36,888 bases of DNA. Source: Chiloscyllium plagiosum. Taxonomy: Eukaryota. Where the stretch lies: NCBI RefSeq assembly GCF_004010195.1, contig NW_025213867.1, positions 1 to 36,888 of the forward strand, in the 5' to 3' direction. Shown here piece by piece: positions 33,926 to 36,888 of the stretch. The notes beneath the pieces are model-generated. The model ran no database searches, was not told the DNA's origin, and saw nothing but the letters and a program-made list of their open reading frames with translations. Each line of letters opens with the position of its first letter. Position 1 is the first letter of the stretch. The position numbers were made by a program, and so were the translations under genes.

Positions 33926-34344
33926 GCAAAGTCAGGCAGCGAGCAGACCATCCATTGAAATGAGCTCAGGGCGGAGAGGTGTTGTTATTGTCAGCCAGGC
34001 CGACCATTGAGAGGGTGCGAGGGCAGTGAGGGACAGGCTGTTCACCCTTTAGCTGGGTGTGCCGCTACTTAGTCAGGGCCAATGGGCAACAATGGGAGAG
34101 CAGGATCCGTGTTTCTTCCAATTGGAGCAATGATTGGGGTGACAGAAATGGCGGGGATTGGCCAATACAGCACCTTGGAACGATGAAGTGGGAAAAGGCT
34201 GTGAACCACAAATGCTGGAGAACACAACAGGTCAGGCAGCATCCATGGAGAGAGCAAGCTAACGTTTCCACTCTTGATGATTCGTTATCAGAGCTGAAGT
34301 GAAATGGGGACGGGGCAACATTTATCCTATCATGGGGGACAGGA

Positions 34345-34563
34345 TTCTCCCCGTGTCTGCGTGGGTTTCCTCCGGATGCTCCGGTTTCCTCCCACGGTCC
34401 AAAGATGTGCAGGTCAGGTGAATTGGCCATGCTAAATTGCCCGTAGTGTTAGGTAAAGGGGTAAATGTAGGGGAATGGGTGGGTTACGCTTCGGTGTGGA
34501 CTTGTTGGGCCGAAGGGCCTGTTTCCACACTGTAAGTAATCTAAGTAATCTAATCTAATCTAA
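34345..34563 (+). mobile_element. 5'-truncated HE1 SINE (preceded by a Penelope fragment at 34200-34340)
   Basis: ttctccccgtgtctgcgtgggtttcctccgg core; (aatct)n tail. Confidence 0.9.
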
Positions 34564-34819
34564 GGATAGTGGTGGAGAAAAGATGTTGATCGTTCAGTTT
34601 AAGTGATTGGAATGTGAGAAGGACAGACAATGATGTGTCTCCCTTGAAAGTTACAAGTCACACACCACCAGGTTATAGTCCAAGAGTTTTATTTGGAAGC
34701 TCTAGCTTTCCTTTATCAGCCAGTTGTGGAGTAGAACATTGAACAGTACAGCACAGTACAGGCCCTTCGGCCCTCAATGTTGTGCTGACCTTTTGTCCGA
34801 CTCTGAGATCAAACTAACC

Positions 34820-35560
34820 TTTCATCTTTGGGTTGCAGGTCTTGGTTCATTTATATGTAAGCCCCAGAACTTCTTTCAAGTCACATTCTTGAGATAAATT
34901 AAGGCTTTGTTAAAAAAAAGGTGACATGTCAGATCAGACAGTGCATTAAAGGTATGAGATTAGAGTCTATCTGGCTCCCAATCTTGAGCCAGTCTGGTTC
35001 TATTTCTAAAATAGGAATTTATAAAATGTTACATGATTGAATGCCTGCAGATTGTAGGTTTTTTGAACAAAATAAAATGTATCTACAATTATAAAGATGA
35101 AAGACTTAACAGCAAACTAGGTTTTTTCAATATATCATTTCAGTTATATGACACTGTGATCATTTGCTATAAATTCTGTGTCTTATGAGGGTGGAGAGGA
35201 GATTTACGAGGCTGTTGCCTGGATTGGAGGACATGTCTTATGAAGAAAGCTTGAAGGAGCTAGGGCTTTTCTCATTGGAGCGAAGAAGGATAACAGGAGA
35301 CTTTACAAAGGTGTACAAGATGATAAGATGCATAGATAGAGTGGATAGCCAGAGATATTTTCCCAGCGTGGAAATGGCTATCATGAGGGGACATCATCTT
35401 AAGGTGAAGGTTTAGGGGAGACATCAGAGGTAGGTTCTTTACTCAGAGACTGGTGGGTGCATGGAATGCACTGCTTGCGGTGGTAATAGTTCCAGATGCA
35501 TTAAGGACATTGAAACAACCCTTGGATTGGTACACAGATAATAGTAAAATGTAGGGGCAG
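34820..35560. mobile_element. Penelope-type terminal repeat fused to a CR1 3' fragment; paralogous to 29650-30435
   Basis: Same junction ttctgtgtctt.tgaggg and near-identical MSYEE.LKELGLFSLERR..TGDF..VYKMIRCIDRVDSQR peptide in both copies. Confidence 0.8.
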
Positions 35561-35675
35561 GTGTTGCACATTTTGTGGTTACATTGGAAGAGGGGGTGGT
35601 ATTGGTGGTATCAAAGTTTTTACCGATCCGAAACAAGGCTCAGACAAGTATTTGAATTGTTGAAAATCAATCTTT

Positions 35676-35976
35676 ATTAGATTAATTACAGTGTGGAAAC
35701 AGGCCCTTCGGCCCAACAAGTCCACACCGACCCGCCGAAGCGCAACCCACCCATTCCCCTACATTTACCTAACACTATGGGCAATTTAGCATGGCCAATT
35801 CACCTGACCTGCACATTTTTGGACTGTGGGAGGAAACCGGAGCACCCGGAGGAAACCCACGCAGACATGGGGAGAATGTGCAAACTCCACACAGTCAGCC
35901 GCCTGAGTCGGGAATTGAACTCTGGTCTCTGGCGCTGTGAGGCAGCAGTGCTAACTGCTGTGCCACCATACCGCCC
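35676..35976 (-). mobile_element. HE1-type SINE, near full length
   Basis: Head gggcggtatggtggcacagcagttagcactgctgcctcacagc; aatct tail. Confidence 0.92.
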
Positions 35977-36044
35977 ACGGTGGCACATTTATTTCATCAT
36001 GCATGGGGGGTAGTCCTATAAACATATATTGTTCAATATGTCGT

Positions 36045-36232
36045 ATCAGTTGCACGACAGTCTGACCTTGTGTTATAAATTCTGTGTCTTCTGATCCTGC
36101 CCTACGAGCTGCCTGAAGAGGGACCAGTGCTCCGAAAGCTAGTACATCCAAATAAATCTGTTGGACTATAACCTGGTGTTGTGTGATTTTTAACTTTGTT
36201 CACCCAAGTCCAACACCGGCACCTTCACATCA
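36045..36232 (+). mobile_element. Penelope pLTR 3' end with hammerhead-like core
   Basis: ctgaaga-gggaccagtgctcc-gaaagcta at 36113-36141, then ttggactataacctggtgttgtgtga. Confidence 0.75.
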
Positions 36233-36416
36233 CAACTATATATATATTGGAAGCAAACACCAAAGAGTCATTCGAATTATGGTCTTTTATAATAAAAATC
36301 ATGGGAATGTCATGTATAGACTTTTACTTTTAGTAATAAGTGCAGTTATGATAAAACACCATGCTGATAAGAAATAAATGGAGATAAAGCTTTACTGCTA
36401 CTTAGTTAGTATAGTT

Positions 36417-36712
36417 ATAGAATCCCTACAGTGTGGAAGCAGGCCATTTGGTCCAACAAGTCCACATTGACCCTCTGAAGAGTAACCCGCCCACATCCAT
36501 TTGCCTATTTTAGATCAGAGTGGTGCTGGAAAAGCACAGCAGGTCAGGCAGCATCTGAGGAGCAGGAAAATCAATGTTTCGGGCAAAAGCCCTTCTTCAC
36601 CCTGTTACTCTACACTTCCCCTGACTAATGCACCGAACCCACATGTCCCTGAACATTATAGGCAATTTAGCATAGCCAATTCACCTAACCTGTACAACTT
36701 TGGATTGTGGAG
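36417..36712 (-). mobile_element. HE1 SINE 3' part interrupted by a Penelope fragment (36510-36600)
   Basis: SINE tail and core on both sides of gatcagagtggtgctggaaaagcacagcagg. Confidence 0.8.
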
Positions 36713-36888
36713 TGTGAGAAACAAAAGCTCACTCACTTCAATAATTTCAGTCCGTGACCAAAAATCTGAAACAGTGTCATTTATTTGTACACTTGCAAGT
36801 GGGTGCAGTGTCTAATGCCAGGTAAGGCAATGACAAATGCACATCAAATCCAACAAACTCTCGAAATTTATACAGTTTGAATCCCCAT

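Overview
Eukaryotic, repeat-rich genomic DNA from a cartilaginous fish (inferred shark, from HE1-type tRNA-derived SINEs, elasmobranch-type CR1 LINEs and Penelope-like elements), with one assembly gap (7876-8331). Most listed ORFs are retroelement fragments or microsatellite artefacts. The main result is a spliced minus-strand gene that the ORF track misses. Exon 1 (8716-8701, 16 coding nt, behind a TATA-like box and a kappaB site) joins exon 2 (5356-5220) to give MQDLRGILSLLLIQLLGHPQGAPIPVPILVGQTRDLLLLLQEKASSLLSTY. This is a signal peptide plus helix A of an IL-6-family long-chain cytokine, most like cardiotrophin-2/neuropoietin. Its last exon should lie left of the window. About 10 kb upstream is a CpG/GC-box promoter of an unidentified, probably divergent, gene with a few candidate exons. 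Also present: a 546-bp solo LTR with a 5-bp TSD, many Penelope-derived pieces with hammerhead-ribozyme-like cores, three minisatellites, and several local duplications/inversions.
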